From positions 18,373 to 82,372 of IMG/VR virus record IMGVR_UViG_3300027747_002377: 64,000 bases of DNA; one strand, given 5' to 3'. Under the pieces are notes generated by a model, which was not told the origin of the DNA, ran no database searches, and saw only the letters and a program-made list of their open reading frames with translations. Below, in pieces: positions 19,054-28,027 of this stretch. Made by a program: the position numbers and the translations under genes. The number at the start of each line of letters is the position of its first letter. The stretch's first letter is position 1. Origin of the DNA: a virus.

Positions 19054-19433
19054 TTCTATGGGTTTCAGCTGACCCTTCCTGGCCAGGAACACCCCGAACT
19101 CTTGCTGCAGCCGCAAGAGTTTATTAACTTCTTTGGGACTGGAAGACCCAAAGTCGTAGCAGGCACAGGGCGCCCGCCGCACGGGCTGAGGAGCTATTGC
19201 GCTCTAACCCTGTATCTGTAACTTTCAAAAGCTTTGTAGGGAGGGACCGCACCTTGATCAGAGGCACGGCCCGTCTGTTACCAGCCAGGGGAAACCGTAA
19301 AAATCCTGACTCCCTTTTTTATGATAGGGCTGACACGGTTCTGCTTCGCCCCAGCTGCTATAATACATGAACAACACACACGCTGGGGCGTTTCCGTGTA
19401 GGATCTTGGCCCCTTTTATTATGGCCAACCACC

Positions 19434-19661
19434 ATGTCAACACTCTGCAAACCTCGAAAAATTAATTCTGTTAGCTGTGATTCTGGTAGTATCTACATTG
19501 TGGACCCGTGTCATCTTGAAACTTCTTCAGGTGTCACCGGTCGCAATCCTCTTTATTTCGGTGCTAGTTTCAATACCGAAATAGGAGACGGTGAATTCAA
19601 CATTTATGAACAACGCGACAACAAGGGTCACCTTCGTCGCATAGTAATCGAAATTGATTAA
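19434..19661 (+). CDS. hypothetical protein
   Basis: VSCDSGSIYIVDPC...GDGEFNIY motif. Confidence 0.65.
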   Translation: MSTLCKPRKINSVSCDSGSIYIVDPCHLETSSGVTGRNPLYFGASFNTEIGDGEFNIYEQRDNKGHLRRIVIEID

Positions 19662-19817
19662 ATGAATTCCAAGTTGTACAGTTTGATTATTTTTTGCATT
19701 TGGTTCGTCTGTAGTTTAATATTTATTTTTAATCCTGCATTGAGCGGTATTTACTTGGCAATCATCAATATTGCCTTTATGATAGCTGCGATCCTTTCCT
19801 TCTCAGATCAGTCATGA
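19662..19817 (+). CDS. small two-helix membrane protein (51 aa, not in ORF track)
   Basis: MNSKLYSLIIFCIWFVCSLIFIFNPALSGIYLAIINIAFMIAAILSFSDQS; fills the gap between neighbours exactly. Confidence 0.6.
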   Translation: MNSKLYSLIIFCIWFVCSLIFIFNPALSGIYLAIINIAFMIAAILSFSDQS

Positions 19818-20071
19818 ACTACTTAGATCCAAGGGAACAGCCGAACCAATGGCTTGGTGAGGTGCTTAAGAACCTTTTGAAAACTGCTATTGAAGTCAAG
19901 AACGCAGAATCCATTGAGCTTCTTGAGTTTGCCCACAAGCAACTTGCTCTATGGATTGACCCAGGGATCTTGAGTTCGGTCTTTAGCGATTGGATTGAAG
20001 AGTATGTTGATGAGATGGAAGCACAACAAAAACCAGTAAGTACGGAGGAGCTGACCGAGACTTGCACTTAA
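19814..20071 (+). CDS. hypothetical protein
   Basis: 85 aa, coupled. Confidence 0.6.
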   Translation: MNYLDPREQPNQWLGEVLKNLLKTAIEVKNAESIELLEFAHKQLALWIDPGILSSVFSDWIEEYVDEMEAQQKPVSTEELTETCT

Positions 20072-20113
20072 GTGTAAGGGTGGTAAGGTGGCGGCAGATA
20101 CGCTGGTTCATCG

Positions 20114-20398
20114 ATGGAAGAGCTAATTGCCATGATTCAAGGCGACCCTGTCTTATGGGAAGTCATTGAACAACTAAAACACCAAGACGAAGACCTGGAC
20201 GACTTCATCCTTAACATAGCTCAAATGCTTAGTGTTGAGTTTGAGGAAATGCACCGCACTGATCTCAGTGATAAGCTGTCCGCTTTGTTTGGTGGTCTGC
20301 CGCCACAAGCCTTTAAGATGGCTCCTCTGTTTCTGCACATTGCCTTGGATCTATTTCTGATGCGTGCAGTGCCTGATCACGCCAGTATCAAGGATTAA
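20114..20398 (+). CDS. hypothetical acidic protein
   Basis: 94 aa ORF. Confidence 0.65.
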   Translation: MEELIAMIQGDPVLWEVIEQLKHQDEDLDDFILNIAQMLSVEFEEMHRTDLSDKLSALFGGLPPQAFKMAPLFLHIALDLFLMRAVPDHASIKD

Positions 20399-20402
20399 GG
20401 TC

Positions 20403-20636
20403 ATGCAAAGAGGTTTTGTTTTCTGTAATAAAGACTTCACTAAAGTTCTTTGCATTGACTCCAAGGTTCATGGTTTTGTAATGATTTCTGTTGACGATAC
20501 GAAAGCTTTGAATAAAGCTATGTGCCTTCATGATTTGACAGAAGCTAAGAACATTCAAAGCCGCCTTGATGTCAATGGAATGAATAATGATCTAGAAATT
20601 ACTAACATTGCCCGCTTGTACAAAAAGTTCTACTAA
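20403..20636 (+). CDS. hypothetical protein
   Basis: Coupled to polA (TAATG). Confidence 0.6.
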   Translation: MQRGFVFCNKDFTKVLCIDSKVHGFVMISVDDTKALNKAMCLHDLTEAKNIQSRLDVNGMNNDLEITNIARLYKKFY

Positions 20637-23278
20637 TGACAAGATTTGTACTTGACCTTGAGTCCAACGGTCTGCTGCCGACCATGGACAAAATTCATTG
20701 TATTGTCCTTTATGATCTAGACAAACAAGAGTATATTAGCTGCGCTGATCAACCTGGATATAAACCATTAAGTTATGCTATTGAGTGTATCCAACAGGCT
20801 ACACTCTTGGTGGGTCATAACGTAATTAAGTTTGATATTCCTGCTCTCAAAAAGATTTACCCTGATCTCATACTGAGTCCGGATTGCACTTATTTTGATA
20901 CGCTTATCACCAGTAGGTTGTTCTGGCCGGAGCTTGAGCCAGTTGATCACGCTAAGTACAGTCACATAGAACGTAAGTACTTTGGTAGGCATTCATTGGC
21001 TGCCTGGGGTGAACGTCTTGGCGTAAGTAAAATTGACTTTAAGGCTGAGTTAAAAGAACAAGAGGAAGAAGTTAAGAACGTATGGGAATCTTGGTCCGCC
21101 ACCATGCAAACTTACTGCATGGCAGGCCACCACAAGTTTTTGCGTGACGATTTAAGTTGGGTCCCGTGCAAAGATATACACGAAGGTGACACAATTTTAG
21201 GGTTTGACGAGTTTCCAGAAAAACAAACTGGTCGGTGTTTTAAGCCTACAAAAATATTAAAAAAAACAACAGATCAAGCTGAACTGTTTCGCGTTACTTT
21301 GAAATCAGGAAAAACTTTTGATGTCACAGCTGAACATAAGTGGTTGGTAAGAAACTACAAATCACGTTCATCTTTGCAAAACCCTTTTGAAACCAGAACT
21401 CAACTAGTTTGGGCGGAAACTAAAGATTTAATGGCATCAAAATGTTTTGCAATTAAATATATGAATACTTGGGAAGATGTAAAAACATGGGAGGCAGGTT
21501 ATCTTGCAGGAATTTTTGACGGCGAAGGCAATGTTAGAAGGCATCAGAAGTGGGACCGCCTTGATTATTCTTTTGCGCAAAAACCTGGTGTGGTGCACGA
21601 TTTAGCGTGCAAAATTATTAATAATTTGGGTTTCAGATATACTACAAGAAAAGTAATGAATACTGGTGATTGCGATTGTATTAGAGTTGTAGGCACTTGT
21701 TATGAAAAGCTTAGATTGTTGGGCATGATTAAGCCTGTTCGATTAATTAAAAATGCGCAACCTTTTGAGCGCCTTGGAAGGTGTGAAGTCAAGGGTGAAG
21801 GGGATTTTGATGAAATTGTTTCGGTTATTTCTATCGGAATGGACGTAATTTATAAGATAAGTACTGATACTAAAACATTTGTTTTAGATGGCTATGCTCA
21901 CCACAACTGTGAAGGTGACATTAAAGTTTCTATACGTCTGTATGACTACATGCTCAGCCAACAAGCTGACCCACGATCAGTAGAGCTAGAGCATCAATTT
22001 GCTTTAGTAATGGCAAAACAAGAACAATTTGGATTTCCTTTTAATGAGAAAGCGGCCTTCGCATTGGTTAACACACTCAAAGCCAAGAGGACTGAGATCA
22101 ACGACCGCCTCCAGGAAGTGTTCCCATCTATCGTCGAGGAACGGTGGTCAACTAAGACGGGTAAACGGCTTAAGAACAAGGTGCAGATCTTTAATCCAGG
22201 TTCTAGGCAGCAAACTTCTGAGCGGCTTAAGGCGCTTTACCCAGAAATTACTTTCGACACCACGGAGAAAGGGAATCCTCAGGTAGATGATGATGTGCTG
22301 GAAAAGCTTGGCACAAAGTATCCTGAAGCTAAACTACTAGCTGAGTACCAAACGCTAAACAAACGACTTGGACAAATCGCAGAAGGAAAAGAAGCCTGGC
22401 TTAAGCACGTTCAGGTTTATGGCGATGGTCGAATTCATGGTGAAGTCATCACCAATGCTTGCATCAGTGGTAGGTGCAGCCACAAGCGTCCAAACATGGC
22501 GCAGGTACCCAGTGTTGGCCACGCTTATGGTTCTGAATGTCGGGCTCTTTTTTATGCTCCTGATGGGTGGAAATTAGTTGGCGCCGACGCATCAGGACTT
22601 GAGTTACGTGCACTCGGAGCATGGCTTGCCTACTTCGACGAAGGAGATTATGCAAGGCTTGTTAGTGACCCTGCTGTCGATATTCATAGTTACAACGCTC
22701 GTATGTTCGGTATTTATAGTGGTGATAACCCTATAACAAAAGCCGAAAGGGACCTATCAAAGAAGCTAATCTTTGCTCTTGCTTATGGTGCTGGCGCAAA
22801 AAAAGTTGGTAGTATCGTACTGCCTTTTGGAAGTGAAGATGAACAATATAAACAAGGTAAAAAAACAATGGAAACGTTCTACGATAACCTTCCTGCTATT
22901 AAGCAACTAAAAGATCTCATTGAGAAGCGCGTTAATGAGAAAGGATACTTAACTGGGATCGACGGCAGAAGGCTACAGATCAGATCAAAGCATGCTGCCC
23001 TGAACCAATTGCTCCAGAGTACCGGGGCAATAGCAGTTAAGAAAGCTACATGTATTTTGTATGAGGACTTAAAAACTATTGGATTAGAGTTCGGCAAACA
23101 CTGGGGTTATGTTGCACACGTCCATGATGAATTTCAAGCACTCGTTCTCCCAGCTTATGTAGAAACTTATATGAAGGTGGCAATTGATTCCTTTAAGAAA
23201 GCTGGTGAGTACTTTAACCTAAAGTGTCCACTGACAGGTGAGGCCAGGGTAGGACAGAACTGGATGGAAAGCCACTAA
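20636..23278 (+). CDS. polA: family A DNA polymerase with 3'-5' exonuclease, intein-containing
   Basis: ExoI DLESNG, ExoII GHNVIKFD, motif A DASGLELR, motif B SKKLIFALAYG, motif C HVHDE. Confidence 0.95.
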   Translation: MTRFVLDLESNGLLPTMDKIHCIVLYDLDKQEYISCADQPGYKPLSYAIECIQQATLLVGHNVIKFDIPALKKIYPDLILSPDCTYFDTLITSRLFWPELEPVDHAKYSHIERKYFGRHSLAAWGERLGVSKIDFKAELKEQEEEVKNVWESWSATMQTYCMAGHHKFLRDDLSWVPCKDIHEGDTILGFDEFPEKQTGRCFKPTKILKKTTDQAELFRVTLKSGKTFDVTAEHKWLVRNYKSRSSLQNPFETRTQLVWAETKDLMASKCFAIKYMNTWEDVKTWEAGYLAGIFDGEGNVRRHQKWDRLDYSFAQKPGVVHDLACKIINNLGFRYTTRKVMNTGDCDCIRVVGTCYEKLRLLGMIKPVRLIKNAQPFERLGRCEVKGEGDFDEIVSVISIGMDVIYKISTDTKTFVLDGYAHHNCEGDIKVSIRLYDYMLSQQADPRSVELEHQFALVMAKQEQFGFPFNEKAAFALVNTLKAKRTEINDRLQEVFPSIVEERWSTKTGKRLKNKVQIFNPGSRQQTSERLKALYPEITFDTTEKGNPQVDDDVLEKLGTKYPEAKLLAEYQTLNKRLGQIAEGKEAWLKHVQVYGDGRIHGEVITNACISGRCSHKRPNMAQVPSVGHAYGSECRALFYAPDGWKLVGADASGLELRALGAWLAYFDEGDYARLVSDPAVDIHSYNARMFGIYSGDNPITKAERDLSKKLIFALAYGAGAKKVGSIVLPFGSEDEQYKQGKKTMETFYDNLPAIKQLKDLIEKRVNEKGYLTGIDGRRLQIRSKHAALNQLLQSTGAIAVKKATCILYEDLKTIGLEFGKHWGYVAHVHDEFQALVLPAYVETYMKVAIDSFKKAGEYFNLKCPLTGEARVGQNWMESH
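21116..21907 (+). mobile_element. intein (264 aa) with a LAGLIDADG motif
   Basis: Y|CMAGHHKFL...VTAEHKW...YLAGIFDGEG...FVLDGYAHHN|C. Confidence 0.9.
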
Positions 23279-23694
23279 CCAGTAATTGGTCCGCCATATA
23301 ACCAGGCGTCACAGGTTCTGGCGCCAGCGCACTTGAATTTAAACAGCTGGCAATAACCAAGGTCAGCTAAATCTTCAACAGCATGAGGGTCTGCTGCAGC
23401 ATGTTCATTGATCCCTTCAATAATGCACTCCATTAGCTTAGGAGACTGGTCAAAAGCTGCACAGTTACAGCACTTAGCAGTCTGTGCTGTGCTCACATCT
23501 GTATGCCACATGTCAGCTTTGTTCTCCCAGAAACCTTGATCTGGATAATCTGGATTCAATGGACCATAACCAAAATTATCAATGGTCCAGTTACGGTTCT
23601 TAATATTTTCCTTGATGTCATGGGTAGGCGTAGGACAGACATCGGAAACCTGGCTTACTTTTTTGTTAAGTAAAACTTCTGTTTTGAAATTCAT
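23275..23694 (-). CDS. Cys-rich conserved phage protein
   Basis: YGPLNP...CCNCAAFD...LGYCQLFKFKCAGARTCDAW. Confidence 0.75.
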   Translation of the reverse strand: MNFKTEVLLNKKVSQVSDVCPTPTHDIKENIKNRNWTIDNFGYGPLNPDYPDQGFWENKADMWHTDVSTAQTAKCCNCAAFDQSPKLMECIIEGINEHAAADPHAVEDLADLGYCQLFKFKCAGARTCDAWLYGGPITG

Positions 23695-23897
23695 TTGTTT
23701 TTTGCCTTGTGTTTCTTGGCTAATTGTACTGCCTTAGTTGCTCTTTCGGTATTAGGTACAAATTGTTTTCCTTCTCTACTGCCTAAACGTTTTTTGCGGT
23801 CAGTCTCCTCCCTTTCTTCCTTGGATAACGAAGCCCACGCTTTCTCTGGGAGATACCTTTTTGTATAGCCAGATTGAATTGCTTTGTCAGCAGTCAT
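23691..23897 (-). CDS. basic protein, C-terminal half of a DUF5872-like family
   Basis: RYLPEKAWASLS...TDRKKR.GS..GKQFVPN. Confidence 0.65.
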   Translation of the reverse strand: MTADKAIQSGYTKRYLPEKAWASLSKEEREETDRKKRLGSREGKQFVPNTERATKAVQLAKKHKAKNK

Positions 23898-24166
23898 CGT
23901 TTTGATTCTTTGTGGGCTTTGGCTTTAGCTTTGGCTTTAGATCTTTTTTCATATTGATCTTTTGTTTGCCACTTTTCTTCTCCCCATTTTTCTAAGGATT
24001 TTTGTTTCTCATTCTTACCACCTTTATAACCGCCTCCTTCTTTTTCATATTCCTGTGCAACAAGCTGAGCTTTACGCGCTGACCATTGACCTGGCTTCCC
24101 ACCTTTAGACCCAGCCATGATGCGTTTTTTAATTTGCTCACGCAGTTCAGGCTTAGTGTAAGACAC
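23894..24166 (-). CDS. basic protein, N-terminal half of a DUF5872-like family
   Basis: YTKPELRE.IK..IMAGSKGGKPGQWSARKAQL. Confidence 0.7.
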   Translation of the reverse strand: MSYTKPELREQIKKRIMAGSKGGKPGQWSARKAQLVAQEYEKEGGGYKGGKNEKQKSLEKWGEEKWQTKDQYEKRSKAKAKAKAHKESKR

Positions 24167-24232
24167 TGTTTAATATTTCTTTTCTCTTGTAATCCTACCA
24201 AGTCCTAGTATACTCCTGTCAAATCAACTGAT

Positions 24233-24691
24233 ATGCAAATGATGGAAGCACGTGATTATGTTTGGCACCAGCGGTTTATGAAGCTGGCTGACCAAGTGGC
24301 AAAGTGGAGTAAGGATCCATCAACGAAAGTTGGTTGTGTCCTCATAAAGGATCGTCGAATTATTTCAACTGGTTTCAATGGGTTCCCAAGGGGCATCAAT
24401 GATGATATAAATAGGTTGATGGACCGTGAGAAAAAGTATGAGCTTACGATCCACGCAGAAACAAATGCGATCATTACAGCTGCAATTCATGGTGTTAGTA
24501 CCGATGGTTGTAGTGCTTATGTCACTATGCATCCATGCAGCAGGTGTTCTGCGGCACTTATCAATGCTGGAATCAAAGATGTTTATGTGAAGGGTTGTAA
24601 GGACATTCCTGAGCGCTGGTTAGAGAATTTTATTTTGGCTTCTAAGCTTCTTGAAGAAGCTGGTATACCCCTGGTTGCAGTCGATCTTTAG
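24233..24691 (+). CDS. dCMP deaminase
   Basis: SKDPSTKVG, TGFNGFPRG, HAE, PCSRC. Confidence 0.92.
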   Translation: MQMMEARDYVWHQRFMKLADQVAKWSKDPSTKVGCVLIKDRRIISTGFNGFPRGINDDINRLMDREKKYELTIHAETNAIITAAIHGVSTDGCSAYVTMHPCSRCSAALINAGIKDVYVKGCKDIPERWLENFILASKLLEEAGIPLVAVDL

Positions 24692-24735
24692 ACTGCTACA
24701 CTGTCCACATCCATTTGCACACCTGACTTAAAGAC

Positions 24736-25470
24736 ATGAATTCTTTTGTTGGAATCGGTACCTACACCGGAGAGAGTTACCACGACAGTGGGCTCCGGTT
24801 CATGGGAATCAGCCTGCCAAAGGTAGGTAAGAGTGGTTCAGATGTACCACTTCTTATGGTACCCAATAAAGCAGCAGGCGAAACTTTTGACGTGTTCCAA
24901 CCAGGGGTACGACTCCTGCTGGGAGGAAGGCTCTACCCAAACCGTCAAGATTACAAAATGTATCTGGTGCCAAACCAGCCACTGCAATTAGTTAATGACA
25001 AATCATTACAACTGAACCGCGTAAACCTTGCTGGTGGTGTCGGGTTCATCCCAGAGCAGGCAAAGGAGGATCTGTTTACGTTTACAACCATGGTGTCTGC
25101 TCCGGCGCAGATGATCCTTGGTCACAACTGGGAAGACAGCCTCAGCTTCCGCATGGAGTCCTGGGGTGACGATGCTAAAAGGCTGACCTCCTTGCTCCAC
25201 GTGGGCCGCCAGTTGAGCGTGGAGGGAGTGTTGCGCTATAACCTATGGCAGGCCCAGGACGGCTCTCAGCGTGGCACCTACCAGATAAGAGTGCGGGCTG
25301 GAATGTACTCCGTCTTTGGCAAGAATAAGAACAGGGAGGAGCAGGCGAAGGTTAAGAATGAGTTAAGTGAGGAGAATTTGTGTTCACCTGCTTCCGTTTC
25401 AAAGCCACCTGCTCAACCGGCTCGAAAAGCCTATGCCCCTACCGTTGACGAAGACTCTGTTCCGTTCTAA
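24736..25470 (+). CDS. tandem-OB single-stranded DNA-binding protein
   Basis: Two SSB-like halves (GVRLLLGGRL; GRQLSVEGVLRYNLWQ) and acidic tail DEDSVPF. Confidence 0.7.
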   Translation: MNSFVGIGTYTGESYHDSGLRFMGISLPKVGKSGSDVPLLMVPNKAAGETFDVFQPGVRLLLGGRLYPNRQDYKMYLVPNQPLQLVNDKSLQLNRVNLAGGVGFIPEQAKEDLFTFTTMVSAPAQMILGHNWEDSLSFRMESWGDDAKRLTSLLHVGRQLSVEGVLRYNLWQAQDGSQRGTYQIRVRAGMYSVFGKNKNREEQAKVKNELSEENLCSPASVSKPPAQPARKAYAPTVDEDSVPF

Positions 25471-25519
25471 GGTCTGATCCAGTGGTGTGAGTCCTGCCTG
25501 TCTCGTACAGGCTTTCTTC

Positions 25520-25580
25520 CCCAGGCCAGTGCCAGGCAGACGTAAGTCTTGTCCTGTGTAGGTGTAACTCCTGCTCTGGG
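25520..25580 (+). ncRNA. tRNA-like three-way-junction element (copy 3)
   Basis: CCCAGG/TCTGGG stem, AGAC-GTAA-GTCT arm, GTAGG-TGTAACT-CCTGC T-arm. Confidence 0.4.
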
Positions 25581-25611
25581 TGCCGTTCCTCTTGCCATTC
25601 CTCTGAACGTA

Positions 25612-26541
25612 ATGTCTGTTCTTGATCGCTACAAAAACACTGAGAAGTACCAAGGAGTGCTTCGTGATTTCTGCAACTGTCAGATCCTCAATGACAAGTC
25701 CAAGCCAGGGCTTTTCCTGAAGGACACAGTGCTTGCACGTATCGGCTGGTCCGGTACTGCCGACATGTTCCCCGATGCCGAGGAATATGAGCACACCTAC
25801 AACAATGGTGACTCCAATAAGGGTGTCTTCTTTAAGACCCCGCGCATGATCATCCTGCATTGCGGGTTCCGTAAGGACGTAACCTTCATTGAGAACTCAG
25901 ATAAAGGAGGGATCGAAGGCCTCTACCCACGGGATTCCATTCTGTATGACGATTGGCAAGAGCAGAACCCAGACAAGCCAAGCCCTTACAAGCGCCGTCG
26001 TCTGGTCCTGACGTTCCTTGTAAACGAAAAGGGTAGCCCGGTTCACAAGAAGCCGATGCTCCTTTCAATCCATGGGGGTGCATCTAACCTGTTCACCGAT
26101 GCTTACGGCACCTTCATCGAGCAGCTTGAATCAGCTTTTGCTGAGTACGCAGGCTCTAAAGGTGGCTCAGGGTTTGACCCCAAGCAAGCCGCTGCTGCGA
26201 TCTTTACTCCTACCTTTGGAGCACAGCAGTACGGCGAAAAACAAAAGAGCTGGATTGCTTTCCCTAAGTCTTGGGTAGTCCCTACCGCCAAGACCATTGA
26301 GCAGTTCTTCCCTGCTGCCGACGACGACATCGACTTCATTGAAGATGTCTGGGAGACCTGTCCTCCTGAGGTGTACGCAAAATCCTTCTTCCAGCAATGT
26401 GAGAAGGAGATTGGTCATCACGCAATCAAGCCAGGACTTGATTTCACACTGCCAGCCATCGGTGAATCTACTGACAGGGGTGGTATGAAGTCCCTGTTCG
26501 GCGCCAGGGATGCTGATACCGGTGAAATTGAGTTGACCTGA
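25612..26541 (+). CDS. conserved hypothetical protein (possible DNA-annealing/ssDNA-binding)
   Basis: About 309 aa, next to SSB; acidic DADTGEI tail; function is inference. Confidence 0.65.
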   Translation: MSVLDRYKNTEKYQGVLRDFCNCQILNDKSKPGLFLKDTVLARIGWSGTADMFPDAEEYEHTYNNGDSNKGVFFKTPRMIILHCGFRKDVTFIENSDKGGIEGLYPRDSILYDDWQEQNPDKPSPYKRRRLVLTFLVNEKGSPVHKKPMLLSIHGGASNLFTDAYGTFIEQLESAFAEYAGSKGGSGFDPKQAAAAIFTPTFGAQQYGEKQKSWIAFPKSWVVPTAKTIEQFFPAADDDIDFIEDVWETCPPEVYAKSFFQQCEKEIGHHAIKPGLDFTLPAIGESTDRGGMKSLFGARDADTGEIELT

Positions 26542-26560
26542 TCAACCCTCAGTAAGTAAC

Positions 26561-26585
26561 AGCCGTCCGAAAGGGCGGCTTTTTT
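26561..26585 (+). terminator. rho-independent terminator
   Basis: AGCCGTCC-GAAA-GGGCGGCT followed by TTTTT. Confidence 0.85.
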
Positions 26586-26590
26586 ATTGA

Positions 26591-26836
26591 CTACTCAGCG
26601 TATTTTTTGAATAGTGCTTCTGTTTCTAGTTTCACTAACTTCATGCACAGCCCACGAATTACTCCCTGGCGTTGAGTAGCCAACTCAACAAGCTTACTTG
26701 CAATCTCACGTAACTCCTGCTTGCTATCAGTCTTCTCAATTGTTTGCTTTAGTTTGGCAGCAAAAAAACTATCCTCTATTGTTTCACGAAAATCTGCAAA
26801 ATCAGATTGATCCTCGACCAGCTCAAACTTTGACAT
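26591..26836 (-). CDS. NblA-like phycobilisome degradation protein (divergent)
   Basis: TIEDSF...IEKTDSKQELREIASKLVEL..QRQGVIRGL resembles the NblA helix-loop-helix pattern. Confidence 0.5.
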   Translation of the reverse strand: MSKFELVEDQSDFADFRETIEDSFFAAKLKQTIEKTDSKQELREIASKLVELATQRQGVIRGLCMKLVKLETEALFKKYAE

Positions 26837-26952
26837 AGGTGTCGAGCATTTTGTTTACTGTAAGGCAGTACGCGCAGAAGTCAAGTTTAAACAAAATTTA
26901 ACTTGACCTGCGCCCCTGAAACCCTAGACTACCACTGTCTTTTCTCGTCACC

Positions 26953-27096
26953 ATGGCATCACCAAAGAAGGCAGGATCCGGTTCTAGCTTCGTTGTCCAC
27001 AATGCAAAACGCACATCCATTGGTCAGGGTCTACGCAAGCGTGGTTCCTGGAACGTCCAACGCAAAAAGCCAAGCCGAGGGCAAGGCAAAGGTTGA
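26953..27096 (+). CDS. small basic protein ending RGQGK (47 aa, not in ORF track)
   Basis: MASPKKAG...KRTSIGQG...RKKPSRGQGKG, a common cyanophage pattern. Confidence 0.65.
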   Translation: MASPKKAGSGSSFVVHNAKRTSIGQGLRKRGSWNVQRKKPSRGQGKG

Positions 27097-27138
27097 TTAA
27101 CAACCTAGTCCAAATACTTTGCACACCACCTGAACGTA

Positions 27139-28023
27139 ATGCTTGTACTTGAAAGTCAACTAACCAAAGCACAAAATTTAATCTATGGACGCAAAAGGAT
27201 TGTTGATTCTTTCTATCAGCTAGATCCTGACAAGTTCCATGGCCTCACGCCAACTGATATCAACTCGATTTCACTCCAGGGTGATGAGGTTGTGTGTGAG
27301 GTCGATGGTTCCCAACTCTCGTTAGGGCGCCGACATGTGCTTAAAAATTTTCTAGAGCACAGAACACGCACTCCTTCATTCTTTGATTACAAGGTTTGGA
27401 ACCAGTACAAAATTAAAGATTCTGATGATGGTATTCCTGTTGCTGCTCTTGATTACTCTGGTGATCAGACACACGCTGCTCTTGCTCCTCATATCGGTAG
27501 GCCGCCTAAAATCTTGACAGACAAAAATGGCGAACAAAAGATTTACTTCATAAAGACAAAAGAACAACAATGCAGTTGTCCTTCCTGGGCTCAATTAAAT
27601 GAACATAGGGAAGAGTTATCAGCAGAGTTTAATCAGTTCACAGGTACTGAATTTGTACCAGTTTGTAAACACATGCAATGGCATAATTCTAATCTGCAGT
27701 TAGAGTATTTACGTTTTACTGTACAAGAACAGTCCAGGAAACGTGGATACAACTTACATATGTGTGTTTATCACTTTGATTATCGACTTGGGCGCTTATT
27801 GTATCGAGTTACTAATGATGGATTGAAGGACAAAATGGAGTGGCTTCCTAAAGATCACTGGAAAGAACAAGCTGTTTATGATGCAGCGCACACTCCAACT
27901 GGTAACTGTTGGAAAGTTTTTACCAAGGCACTGTCTCATGACCCTGCTTATCAGTTAATTCAATACAGTCAATCTGTTGCCCACATCATGGGTCAAATCA
28001 ACGCACGCAACTCTACTCACTGA
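27139..28023 (+). CDS. SWIM-type zinc-finger protein
   Basis: CSCPS...VCKHM. Confidence 0.65.
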   Translation: MLVLESQLTKAQNLIYGRKRIVDSFYQLDPDKFHGLTPTDINSISLQGDEVVCEVDGSQLSLGRRHVLKNFLEHRTRTPSFFDYKVWNQYKIKDSDDGIPVAALDYSGDQTHAALAPHIGRPPKILTDKNGEQKIYFIKTKEQQCSCPSWAQLNEHREELSAEFNQFTGTEFVPVCKHMQWHNSNLQLEYLRFTVQEQSRKRGYNLHMCVYHFDYRLGRLLYRVTNDGLKDKMEWLPKDHWKEQAVYDAAHTPTGNCWKVFTKALSHDPAYQLIQYSQSVAHIMGQINARNSTH

Positions 28024-28027
28024 TACC

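Noticed and set aside
19186-19210. CTGAGGA followed by a hairpin (hammerhead candidate)
   Set aside because: No GAAA after the stem and no cleavage triplet arrangement
19051-19221. Possible TGA read-through of thyX (55 open codons after the stop)
   Set aside because: ThyX is already complete; such an open stretch is unremarkable in GC-rich DNA, and many other genes here end in TGA, so there is no sign of recoding
19326-19413. tmRNA-like 5' end (GGGCTGA...)
   Set aside because: No GGATTCGAC-type motif, no T-arm/CCA end and no tag reading frame found
25399-25860. 153-aa minus-strand ORF
   Set aside because: Antisense to two well-supported genes and a structured spacer
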